Assembly: GCA_013265495.1 (NCBI GenBank)
Contig: MU063255.1
Span: 928,502 to 992,501 of the forward strand
Direction: 5' to 3'
From: Vicugna vicugna
Taxonomy: Eukaryota
Length of the DNA stretch: 64,000 bases
Each line of letters opens with the position of its first letter. Within the stretch, counting starts at the first letter, position 1. Positions 24,307 through 35,365 of the stretch are shown in pieces. The position numbers were made by a program, and so were the translations under genes. Below the pieces are notes generated by a model, which did not search any database, was not told the DNA's origin, and saw only the letters and a program-made list of their open reading frames with translations.

Positions 24307-24322
24307 TCAGCAGGGGGCAGTG
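24307..24322 (+). promoter_or_regulatory. CTCF-like motif
   Basis: TCAGCAGGGGGCAGTG vs consensus CCASYAGRKGGCRSYR, with one mismatch at the 5' end. Motif match only. Confidence 0.4.
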
Positions 24323-25469
24323 CCATCCATCTATATTGTGGAAGATGCCATCTGACCGCAGGGTGGGCATGGACTGGGGTGGGGGCGTCAGGTAGGACAA
24401 TGTTGCAAAAAAAAAAAAACCCAGGGAAGACAGCCACGATCTGACCTCTGCCTGCTTCTCTGGCCTCAACTCCCTTTATCCTCTCATTTCAGGTCACATC
24501 TGTCAGTCCAAAGTCATCAAGACACTTCACGTCTCCCTCAGTTCACTTTCGTCCCTTTCTCTGGAATGGGTCTGTCTAACTCTGTGGTGGCAGATAGATT
24601 CCATTGGCCCCTCCAGACCCAGCCTTCCCACTCTGCCCTGTGCCCCTGGAAGCGGATCTGTCTGGGATCCCACAGTGAGGGTTCCCAGGTCCTCTGGTTT
24701 CCAGCTGGCTTGGGCAGGCATAAAGGGAAAGAGGGGAAGGATGCTGGAGTATATGTGCCCCTGGCTCTTTTCTACACGGTTGGTGAGAGCTGGCTGGAAC
24801 CCGCCACGGAAGACTCTCCTCCCTCAAGGAGAACCACAGCTATAGGACTTCTACTTTCCCGATTCTGGTAGCTGCAGTCTCCTCTCATCTCATGGGATCT
24901 GGGTGGAGGCAGCTAAGCACCACATGCCCCCACTATTCCTTCTGGTTTCCTTACACCCTCACCTTGAGAATAAATCCACCTTCAATGGTCCTATTTTAAT
25001 GTGACGCCTGTTTCCAGGTGAAGCATTCTTCACGCAGTCAACTCCTATTCATCCTTCAGAACAGCCAACGTCACCGTCTCTGATTCCGGGACGCCTCGGG
25101 CTTCCCTCTCACACCACTTTTACGTGGAATTACTTGTGTACATGTTCCCATCTGACTCCCTCAAGGACAGAGATGGTACTTTTATTCTACTTTGTAGCCC
25201 CAGCGTCTAGAAAGTACTTGATAGATATGTGTTGAATAAATTAACTAAGAATGACAAAGTTAATTTTTTAAATGAATGAATTTCCACTGATTTTTTAATA
25301 TGTAAGCATTGTTATTTTGTGCTTAGAGTGACTTAAAAAAAAATCACTTAACCTGGACCTATTCCAGGCAAACTGGGACACATACTCACCCTGATTATAA
25401 CCCAGGCATGTTGGTGTGAGGTCTAGGGATGGGGTGAAACATGAAGACTCTAAAATTGCTGGAAGGAGT

Positions 25470-26046
25470 GGTGATGGTCGGAATCCTTGGAGGCTCAGTG
25501 AGACCCCTGCCTCCTGGCAGGCATGCCTCTGTGTAATTCCCTTCCCTTGAGTGTAGCCTGGCCCTAGTAACTGCTTCTAACAAACAGAATACAGCAAAGG
25601 TGAAAGAATGTTGCTCTGGAGATTTGGTTCCAAAAGAATGTGACTTCGGTCTTGCCGGCAGTCACCCACTACCCCTGGCTCTCTTGCTTGCTTGCTCTGA
25701 TGAAGCCAGCTACCCTCTGGACAGGCCCATGCAGTAAGGAATGAGGGCATTCCCCGCCCATCAACTGGAGGAACTGAGCCCTCGGCCTCACTGGCTGCTA
25801 GGACCTGAATAACCACCGAGTGAACTTGAAAATGAGTCCTGCCTCTGCCACACCTGGACACGACTGCAGCCCCGACTGAAAATGCAGCCTGAATCAGAAC
25901 CCGGAACCCAGAACCCAGAACCCAGAGAACCCGGCTAAGAGCCCCCAGACTTCTGATCTATAGACATTTTGTGAGATAGCGAATGTTGTTACTTTAAGCC
26001 ACTGAGTTTTGGGATAATTTGCTATGCGATAATAGGCAACTAATAA
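25470..26046 (+). mobile_element. MLT1 (MLT1E/F-like) MaLR LTR
   Basis: 'tgtaattcccttcccttgagtgtagcctggccctagtaactgcttctaacaaacagaata...ttaagccactgagttttgggataatttgctatgcgataataggcaactaata'. Confidence 0.8.
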
Positions 26047-26349
26047 AGGAGTTTCTCCAACTTAAATCTCAGTGACACGGTTCTACTCCTCGTCTGCCAG
26101 ATCCTGCAGTTAGAATGGGGAAGTCAGAAGGGAAATAGAGAAAAGTATCAAATGTTTATAAATTCCAGTTTTTTCTAGCAGCACTCAGCCCAGAAATAAT
26201 GTCCTCCCAGCCCAAACAAGGAATCCAATGACATCGCTCTGTCTCACTGGGGATAAAAGGGGATTTGCAGCCCCTGGACCTCCTTCCCTAGATGAATCCA
26301 AAAACAATGAAAATGAAGCTGCCACTTACTGAGCATGATAGATTATCTG

Positions 26350-26637
26350 CTAAATGGTCCCAGCGACCCCTTCCATCCCTGTATACGCATGCTGCTTCTC
26401 CCACCAAGGGGTAGGGGCCACCTTCCCTTGAACCTCATGTCTTGCTCTGACCAACAGAATGTGGCAGAAGTAACACCGTGCCAATGCCAGGTCTAGACCT
26501 TAGGAGGCGTGGTGGTATTTATTTTTGCATTCTTGGGTGCTCTGAGATACCATGTTAAGAAATCTGATCACCCTGCTTAAGAGGGGAGAGGGAGGGCACA
26601 TTGAGAGGCAAAGTCTGCAGTAGATGAGAGGCTACGC

Positions 26638-26671
<34 letters not shown>

Positions 26672-26812
26672 ACCAACCATCCCAGCCACCCAGCTGCTGT
26701 CCCCAGTGAGCACTGGCTTGATTGCAGAATCACAAGTAAATAAATGGTCCTTTCCGTTTTAAGTCACTAAGTGTTACAGTGATTTGTCACACAGTAATTG
26801 ACAACCAGGACT
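26350..26812 (+). mobile_element. MLT1 (MLT1G/H-like) MaLR LTR containing (GA)n
   Basis: 'tgctctgaccaacagaatgtggcagaagtaac...ttttaagtcactaagtgttacagtgatttgtcacacagtaattgacaacc'. (GA)n at about 26640-26669. Confidence 0.75.
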
Positions 26813-27734
26813 CTGAGGAACTGCGATGCTGTTGAGCACTTAGCTAGACTTTTCACCTACATTCCCCACAGTCCTTACAACACCAGCTCTGTGGGATGGG
26901 TATCGCCACCCCCTTAAAGATGAAGAAACTAAGGCCCAGAGAGGCTTGGTTACCCATACAAGGTGGTTTATAATTTATAAAATGTTACACAAATCTTAAG
27001 TGAGAGCTAGAATTCACAACCGAATCGTTATGACCCTAAACACGTGTACTTTACATACAACACTGAGATTGCAAAGTAGTGCCTGGTTCAGGGCTGCCAT
27101 CGTGGTCTATGGGAATGGTGCCTCCTGGAGTTGTGAGATGCACAATCAAAGACAGCACCAGTCCCCGGAGGTCTGGGAGGATGGAAGAAAAGCAAATGCG
27201 GGTCCAATGGGGAGACTTGAATCCTGTTCTCAAGGAACAGATGCGCTAAGGGAAACGGCAGCTTTGGGAAAAGATGTGGCCATCACCTCAGGTTCCATGG
27301 CTGCTCACAGCTGGGTCTCAGGTTCTTTGATGTAAGTTCTGCCCAGTGACAAGGAAGATGTCCATATTTCACGTTAAACAGGAGCTTGCTCTTATTCGGT
27401 ACCTCCAAATATCCCTTAGCCTGAAGCGGGGCTGCAGGACGTAGAGGGAAAAAAGTTGCTAACAGGAGAGTGTCCTTCAGAATCGCACCCCGGTGAGAGG
27501 GCAGGGAAGTTGGGGAGGAGGCAGTCTGCATAGCCCAAGGGTCCCTAACACTAATGACAGTAGTTATGAAGTGCTTAACTCTTTCTACTGTATTAACCCA
27601 ATTAACCTTCCCAACAATTCCATGAACTAGGAATAATTATCAGCCTTGCCTTACAGATGAGGAAAGCGAAGCATATACTGGTTAACTAACTTGCCCAAGG
27701 TCATGCTACTTACTAGCTGGTAACCAGAGCCAGC

Positions 27735-27930
27735 CCAGAGTGGGAGCCCTGCGTGTGCAGCAGTTAGAACTGCATTCTGGTATCTAGAGGGGCCATCTGC
27801 CGCAGGAGACCGGTGTTCCTTCGGCTTCCTGGGCACACAGCTGCACCACGCTTCCCAGCCTCCCTTGTAGTTAGATACGGCCATGCACCCAAGTTCTAGC
27901 CGGTGGACTGCAGCAGAAGTGATGTGACTC
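27735..27930 (-). mobile_element. MLT1 MaLR LTR fragment
   Basis: The reverse complement gives 'cacatcacttctgctgcagtccaccggctagaacttgggtgcatggcc...agggaggctgggaagcgtggt', which is MLT1-like. Confidence 0.55.
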
Positions 27931-27949
27931 ACGTCTGAGCGTGGCCCAT

Positions 27950-28495
27950 TTAAGATTCCCCTGCCTGCTCCTTCCCATGGGCAGGAAGCCCCGAGGATGC
28001 CTTTGTGTAGCAGCTGCGGTCAGGGCTCCAGCCACCTCCCCTGGCATCCCTTTATCATTTTCCTGCGCACCAACTCCAGGTGTTCCACCTCTCCCAAAAG
28101 CCAGCACCTGCGTCTCCTCATCAGTGCACTGCCCTCAGGGCTCAGAACCCCCTTTGCCTGCACCCACAGATTGCTAGGAGGACCTGGGAAGGTATGTCTC
28201 ATCAGAGGCAGCCCTCAACCAATGAATGGCAGGCACGAGCTCAAATGCTCCAGCATCCTTCTCCTGATGGGACACCGGGGAGGTGCAGTCTCCTCCACCT
28301 TCAGAGCTCCCCTTGTGGGGTTAGGCTAAAGTTATCTCCCTCATCCTTTACTTGACATCATGCCCTTGCTTAATTTCCTTCCCTTCCTCATCCCACTTCC
28401 ATATTTCTATCAGTTTTTTCAGGAAAATATCATAATAGGTCACTTTCATATGACTCCTCAGTTCAGGGTCTGCTTCCAGGAAGTCCAGCTGAGGA
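27950..28495 (+). mobile_element. LTR16-like ERVL solo LTR
   Basis: 3' end 'cactttcatatgactcctcagttcagggtctgcttccaggaagtccagctgagga' resembles LTR16/LTR33 termini. Confidence 0.55.
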
Positions 28496-28660
28496 TATCT
28501 TTGAAGCTATGTGTTAACAAGCCCTAAATGACTCCTTAGCGTGGGGCTGCCCTACTGATGTAGTCACTCATCCAGGGCGTAACTACGGTAGATGAGCTGC
28601 TGTATATATTTTTGGATCCCTTTGCTACAACAGCCCGCCTACCCTAATTACACTGTGTAA

Positions 28661-28950
28661 ACTTCCAGTTATAAGATAAATAAATACTAGGGATGTAATG
28701 TACAACATGATTAATATAATTAACACTGCCGTATGTTATATGTGAGAGTTGTTAAGAGAGTAAGTTCTAAGAATTCTTCTCACAAGGGAAAATTTTTTTC
28801 TCTTTTTCTTTTATTTTGTATCAATATGAGATGATGGATTTCACTAAACCTACTGTGACTCATTTCATGATGTAGGTAAGTCAGATTATTATTCTGTAGA
28901 CTTTATACAGTGTCGTATGTCCATTGTATCTCAATAAAATTGGAAGAGAA
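28661..28950 (+). mobile_element. L1MC1-like 3' end
   Basis: 'acttccagttataagataaataaatactagggatgtaatgtacaacatg...gagatgatggatttcactaaacc...tatctcaataaaattggaagagaa'. Confidence 0.75.
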
Positions 28951-29859
28951 CATAAGAATATATGGCCCTCCTATGGAAAATAGATTGGAGGGTGTGAGAG
29001 GCAAAATGAAGACCCCCATGGAAAGGTTCTTGTAAAAGTATAGGAGACGGCTGCTTGTGGCGTCTCAGACTTGGGCAGGGGCGTGGGACTGTGGACATTC
29101 AGGAACCCACTTTGGAGATGGAAATGGGGTTGGCTGCTAATGAACTGGACATGAGGATGGAAGAGTGGAAGGAGTCCAGAAGGACTCCTAGGTTCTGAAC
29201 TGGCAATTAAAAAGCCTACACAAGTGGCGTAGAGATCATCTCATTATCCAAGTATGTGTAGAGCAAACCTATAATTGGTCCCCTGTTGTGCTAGCTCGGC
29301 TCCTCTTATGTATGTTTTCTTGCCTTTCTAAAGTAAAGAAAAAAACAAAGAGGCAAATGTGAAGCAGGGGTTACCAGTCAAGCCTCATCCATGATGCTAA
29401 ATCCTCACCTGAATTTCCTCTCACCTGGGCTAGCAGGAGGCCTCTGACCAAAAGCACAGTTTGCAAATGGCACTTGAAGAGAGACTTAGCCTGACGTGCT
29501 GTTACTGAGGAATCGGGATTTACCAACCAGGGTCCTTCCATTCCGGGAGAGCAAGTCTCACACCAGAATCTGGAGGGTGTGCAAGGATGGTCAAGACCGG
29601 GTCTCTGCTTCCAAGGAGAAAGTGTCCAGCTGAAAAGATGTCCCGTATCTCCCCTACCTCAAAGTTTAATAGCATATTAAGTTAAAGATCCATTATGAAT
29701 AATATCAGAAGACAGAAAGATACTTTGAGCCTTAATTTCAGCATCTCCAATTCCCTTCCCCCTTCTGGGCATCACAAAGGCTTTTCTTACTGTTCCTTCC
29801 TCGACATCCTCCTTCCCGCCTGGGCATCCTGTGTGGTCCTCCCACAGCAGCTCCCACTG

Positions 29860-30425
29860 AGCCCTTGCTCTATTAACCCTGTCTTGTTTTCTGTATTTCT
29901 GATGCTTTGACAGAAAGTAGGGTCTTGGTAAAGCAGGGACTAATCTCCCAGGGTTAGCTAATCCTAGAGATAGTGAACAGCTCTCCAAGAAGCGCACCTT
30001 TCAAATGCAGACCAACCAGTCCAGATCCCATCCCCCCCAACCTCTAACACTCCAGGCCCCTACCTACCTGCCCTAACCACCCCAAGGCCAGCTACCAGAC
30101 AAACAGGGACAGCCTCGAGGCCCCAGAACAGAACCTGCTGAAATTATTCATACTAACCAATGCTAAACCTGCTCACCCAGCTTCTTGTTCCTTCCCGTGG
30201 AAGCCACAATAAAACCTTTTGCCCATGGTTCCCCATCTCTCCCTCCACCTCCTGACCAAGCTTGGACCTTCCTGTAAGGACCCCTGGTGGGGTGTGTCCC
30301 CTCTTATTGGGATCTGTGGGAACAAACTATTAATGACAAATGTCTTCTGATCTGGTGACTTTGCTGTACCTAAATCATAATAAGATTCATATTATTAAAT
30401 CTATAATAAAATCTATATTTTAAAA
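29860..30425 (+). mobile_element. MER21C-like ERVL solo LTR
   Basis: 'cagggttagctaatcctagagatagtgaac...ctgctgaaattattcatactaaccaatgctaaacctgct...ccacaataaaacc...ggatctgtgggaacaaacta'. Confidence 0.8.
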
Positions 30426-33159
30426 CTAGTGCCCCCAACTCAGAGCCCTGTATCCCCTCCCAGGTCCCCCACAGCCTACAGGAGTTTGGCATCTGAGACT
30501 CCTAACCCCATCCTGGTCTCTTCGCTGGAACCTGTAAGAGACAGCACAGCACGGCAGTGAAGGGCACAGATTTTGGAGTGAGAATGTCTTGGTGACCTGG
30601 GGAAGGTTCTTTCATCTCTCTGTGCCTCCGCTTCCTCTTCCTCAGATAGGGGTGATAAAATTACCCACCTCAAAAAAGTACTGTGAGGACTGAAGGAGCC
30701 AGTGAAGGTAAAGTGCTTGGAACAGTGCCTGGCACGCGGAAAAAATCCAATAACCGTTAGTCATCTCCATTACCAATATTATTAGGGAGCAAAGAGTGCT
30801 AGCAGAATTAGCCAAAGAATCTAAAATTTTACATATTGCTTTCCCAATGCCTTCCACAGAGAATAAGGGGCGGGCAGCAGGGAGGAGTGATTGCATATTC
30901 ATAAGCACCTACAACCAAATTAATTGATAGGGTACGATAGTAATAAAGAGAATTAATTTCCATTTTAATAACTTCACATGCTACATGTTAAGTATAGGCC
31001 TGTATTACCAGTGGTCACACAATTTCCCCTTTGCATCTGTTCCATGTTGATTATGATGTCAGGAAAGCAAAAGTTAAATCCCTTTTTAAAGAAGAAAAAA
31101 AAATCTAATTTAATAACAGTGCAATCCTGTTGAAAGCAGGATTAAATCTTAATAAGGGGGGGAAGGATGTTGTGTTTCATGTCTACTCCTCTTGAAGCCC
31201 CGGCAACTTGTTCAGGGATGGAGACCGGGTTGTCAAAAGACTTCGCAGCCCAGTCCCGGCCTCATCTTGCAGCATCCGGACGCAGCCGAAATCTCTGATG
31301 GTGCTGACACATCCATTTTCACTTTCCCCTTCCTGCTGATTTTTCTCATTAAAGCAGCTTGGCTCTGTAATTTCTACCAGTACAGATGAAGATAAAATGA
31401 CTCCCAACTTTTATTTTGCCCTTATAAAACTATGTAATTGGTCCAGAACCTTCAGGCTAAATGAGTTTCCTTTGCATTGAGAACGTGGGTCACGAGAATC
31501 GTAAAGTTAAAAACTAGACCACGTGGCCAAACAGAATTAGTTCAAAAATCAAGATTCTATTCGAATGTACGGAAATTCAATCTCATGGAAGTTTAGTTTT
31601 TGATGTATTCATTCTTTTCCTCTTAAAAGTGAACATAATAGCTCAAAGTGCAACAAAAGACCTCCAGCTCAATTCTCTTCTCTTTTACGGCATCTCATGA
31701 CTCTCAGGAAGTCCGCATCACCCAGAGAAACGGTGTCCAAGCTCCTAGGGGTGGCATCTGGGGCCCTTGCCTGATTGCCCCACTTCACCTGTTCCTTTGT
31801 CACGTCTGTGTACTAATTATATGGCACAGTTCCCCAAACAGGCCATGCTAGGCCCTGGCTCTGAATCTGTGCACACGCCGTACTGCCTGTCTGCAACATC
31901 CTCCCTACTAATCCTTCTGCCACTCTCCCGCTCCACCTTTAAGAGTCAGCGCCAATGTCCTGATACCTTCTCCCCTGCATAGCCCCAAGCCCTCCCCTGA
32001 TGATCCTGGTCAGATGCTCTGTGATTTCATGGAATCTCTTGCAAGGCTGCATTTTACAGTCATCGAACTTTCCTGCACTGATCTGCTTCCTTCTCACTCA
32101 TTCTTTGTAGGCTGAGCATACTGAGGATGGAAGAGCATCGTTTCATCTGTTCTCCTACACGGCATCTAGAACAATACTTGGCATACAGCAGGCTCTCAGC
32201 ATATGTGTGGGGAGTGACTAGTAAGAGTCAAATGTAGACAGTGTTTATGATACATCAGGCCCAGCTCTAGATAGTGCAACACCTCTATCCACCCATCCAA
32301 AACCGCCAGCACCCAAGACACTCCCATCATCGTCTTCATGTTGCAGTCACAGAACCTGGGGCACTGAGGGGTCTAGCAACCTTGGTCTAAGGTCACGCAG
32401 CTAACAAGCGTCAGAGCACAGAGTACAGAATGTGGATCCAAGTCCGGGGGGTCTGGCTGCAGAGCACAGCCCTTAAATACTACCCCACGCTGCTCACAAA
32501 GAGGGGCATCTCTGACAGCGCCCCAGGGCTGGCAGCTAAGTTTCCTTTAAAGGGCTGGGAGCGGGCTGGCTCCCTGGTGTGCTCCAGACCACGGAGGAAT
32601 TAGAGGCTATGTCAAGGCTGGTGGGGAAAGGATGTTGTGACCAGTGGGCCACTCCCAGGAGAGACAGAGCAAGGCCATGGCCCCGAGGACTGCCGGGTGG
32701 TCAGCCAGGTACCTCTGCCAAGGAACTTGTGCCCCACGCCCACCCCCAGCAGCGGCAGTTTAAATGCCCACATAGTTGGATCTTTAGATGGTTGACAAAT
32801 AGTAGAAGGGACAAATATTCATCCTCATCTGCCAAGACTCTTCCTTACTGTCTGTCATGGGCCAGGCCAGCTCTGCCCCAGGGCCCACCTGGGGTCCTGC
32901 CACAGCGGGCTGCTGGGCCAAAGGGCACAGGGAGTGGAACAAAATTACAGGGCCATGGATGAAGAGATGCTGGCTTCTTCAATGTCCCTCCGACAAAAAC
33001 ACACCAGGCGTCTTACCAACTACCACGCTGGTGCCCGTATCTGGCCCTGCTGAGGCACATCCTGACGAACGGTAGTCTTTTCATGGTACCATACTGAACA
33101 AATGGAGGCTTTAAAAATGTTTCATTTTACTTTTATTTTTAAAACTTCAATTCTTAGAA

Positions 33160-33790
33160 TATTCAACAAATATTTATCTAATGCCTACTGTGTCCCAAAC
33201 ACTGCGTTAGTTACTAGGAAGCCGGAAATAAATAAAACAAGGCAATAACAAGAACCCTGTGACTCACAATAGCCACCACCTACTAGTTTCTACTATGTGT
33301 TGGGCCTTCTATGCGGTTGTACACAACCCCAAACTACCAATACTAAGGGCTAGTTCTATGCTGGCAACGTATGCATGACGCACTGAAAACACACACACAA
33401 AGGAAAGGGGGGTGGGCAGGGAGAAATCCTCTTAGGAAGCAACAGACATCGTCAGGGACAGAAGCTGGGGAAGCGTATTCCAGTGGGAGTGCATGTGCAA
33501 AGACCATTCGCATGGAAGCATGAAATACCACAGTTTGCAGTTCAATATACCTGGAACTCAGAGTTCAAGGGTGGAGGGGAGTTGGGTGATTTAAGGGGAA
33601 GCTAAGATATTCTAAGGAGCTTATATTTATCTTGAAAGCATAGGGTACCACTGAGGGATTTTAAGTAAGGTGGAGAAGGCATTATTATAATCAGATTTGC
33701 ATTTCCAAATGAGCACTCCATCCACCATGGAGTGGGGTGACTGGAACCAGGAGAAATTAGAGGTAGGCATTCTAAGAGGAAGGGAGTCAC
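33160..33790 (-). mobile_element. L2 LINE fragment
   Basis: 'attcaacaaatatttatctaatgcctactgtgtcc' (L2 3' end in reverse) continuing to 'gtgcaaagacc...ccactgagggattttaag...atcagatttgcattt'. Confidence 0.65.
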
Positions 33791-34579
33791 GTGCTAACAG
33801 CTGAAATGTGGCGTGTGATATCAGTAGCAAGTTTTATCCATCAAACCTACTCAAGACAAAGTTGTGTATAATGGAAATCCGTGTGGATCAAACATCCGGA
33901 CAACACATCCTAGAAATAACAGATCCCTGTAACGTTCACGTAGAGCCACTGCGTTGCAGTTTCCCAGCTGTTAACACATCGGCAGTAAGAAGGAAGATGA
34001 GAGACCAGAATTCTCCCTCCCTTGTGGGCAGATCTTGTTAGCAACATTTTCCCCATCGACGTATCAATTTCTCCATCAACACGAAAAGACACCATAGAGC
34101 CAGTGTAAACAGGGGTCCGGGGATCTAATTCAGTATTAGAAAGTGGCTCCCTTAAGGTGCTATGAAAACAATATAGATTATATATCTCTTCAATTTCCAG
34201 TAAAATTTCAAGGTTAAGAAAAAGCTAAAGTTGGCAGGAAATACAGAGACCGCACAGCCCCATCTGACTCCTCAACTTGTGGAATACCCATTTATTCACC
34301 TCTTCTAGCCTCCTGGAGAACCTTTCTAAACCAAACCATCTGATGAAATCTTGCTTGTTTGTAACTCATGGCATCCTCAAAGCCCCTCCCATTCTGAAGA
34401 CTTCTTTGAATCCCACAGGATTCATCATTCCGTCTGCGGAGCTCTAGTAGTGCTCACTGGCTGATCTATGCTTTTCTCATCTATAACATGGGGTCACTAC
34501 TGTGCCATGGATTGAGCGCTTGGCAGTGTCAAAGAGAGGATAATCCCAGCCTACCCACTTCATAGGATTGTTCCATGTG

Positions 34580-35050
34580 CCAAGCACTTGCCTATTTCCT
34601 TTTAGATCTCGTCCCTGTCCTTCATTGTCAAGCCAGCCAGGAAATGGCATTTCCCCAGCTCCCTTGCTTTGGGTTGCTGAGTATGTGTGATCAATCTGAC
34701 GATCTACACTATGGGGTGATTAGAGGGGATGCGGGAGGGAAGAGGCCAGGGTATTTGTACCACCACCTCCCCTGGCTTTGGTTGGCATCTCCTCCATGGT
34801 TCCTTTGTGGTTCGAACTTTTGAAGGTGACCTTGGTCTCTGGGATTTGCTGGCCCCATTTTCTCCCTCTGCTTCTCTAGCCTAAGCCTTACAATGCCTCT
34901 CTCCCATCGCTAATCTCTGCCTTGCCTCAATGTCCCCCTATGGCTTCTCAGCTCTTCCATCGCCCATGCAGCCAGCTCCTGTATTGAATTCTCTCTGCTT
35001 TGATACCTGGGGAAATTTTGATTTTACGGCTGAATCCTAACTATTGTACA
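34580..35050 (+). mobile_element. LTR33 (ERVL) solo LTR
   Basis: 'atttccccagctcccttgctttggg...ggcttctcagctcttccatc...gtattgaattctctctgctttgatacctgg...ctaactattgtaca'. Confidence 0.75.
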
Positions 35051-35139
35051 AGTCAAAGAGAAAAGGAGTGGAGAAAATAAGTAGTATTGCTGACAAAGGG
35101 CGTTAGGCTCTGGCTCTGGGTGTTAGGTTCATGATTTCA

Positions 35140-35365
35140 GTAGAGCGTCATGGTCAAGGTTACAGACTTTGTCAGAGAGACCAGGCCCCGGGTCCCAGTT
35201 CTGACATGTACTAAGTCAACCCCAGACTCAGTTGTCACTTGTGTAAACTGGGGAGAAAGGCAACTTCTACATGTAGAGTTATGAGCACTAGTGATAATAC
35301 ATATAAAGCAGTTAACACAGAACCCAGCACAAGTACTCAAGGCTAGCTGTGATTATTAATAACAA
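35140..35365 (-). mobile_element. MIR SINE
   Basis: 'agtagagcgtcatggtcaaggttacagactttg...ctcagttgtcacttgtgtaaactgggg...aagcagttaacacagaacccagcaca'. Confidence 0.6.

Noticed and set aside
27403-27431. Minus-strand 29-nt micro-exon candidate
   Set aside because: The acceptor is good but the donor (GTACCG) is weak.
29425-29629. Minus-strand 205-nt open segment with GTGAGA/GTGAGG donors
   Set aside because: The acceptor polypyrimidine tract is short (catcttttcag) and the peptide is unrecognisable. It is indistinguishable from a pseudo-exon.
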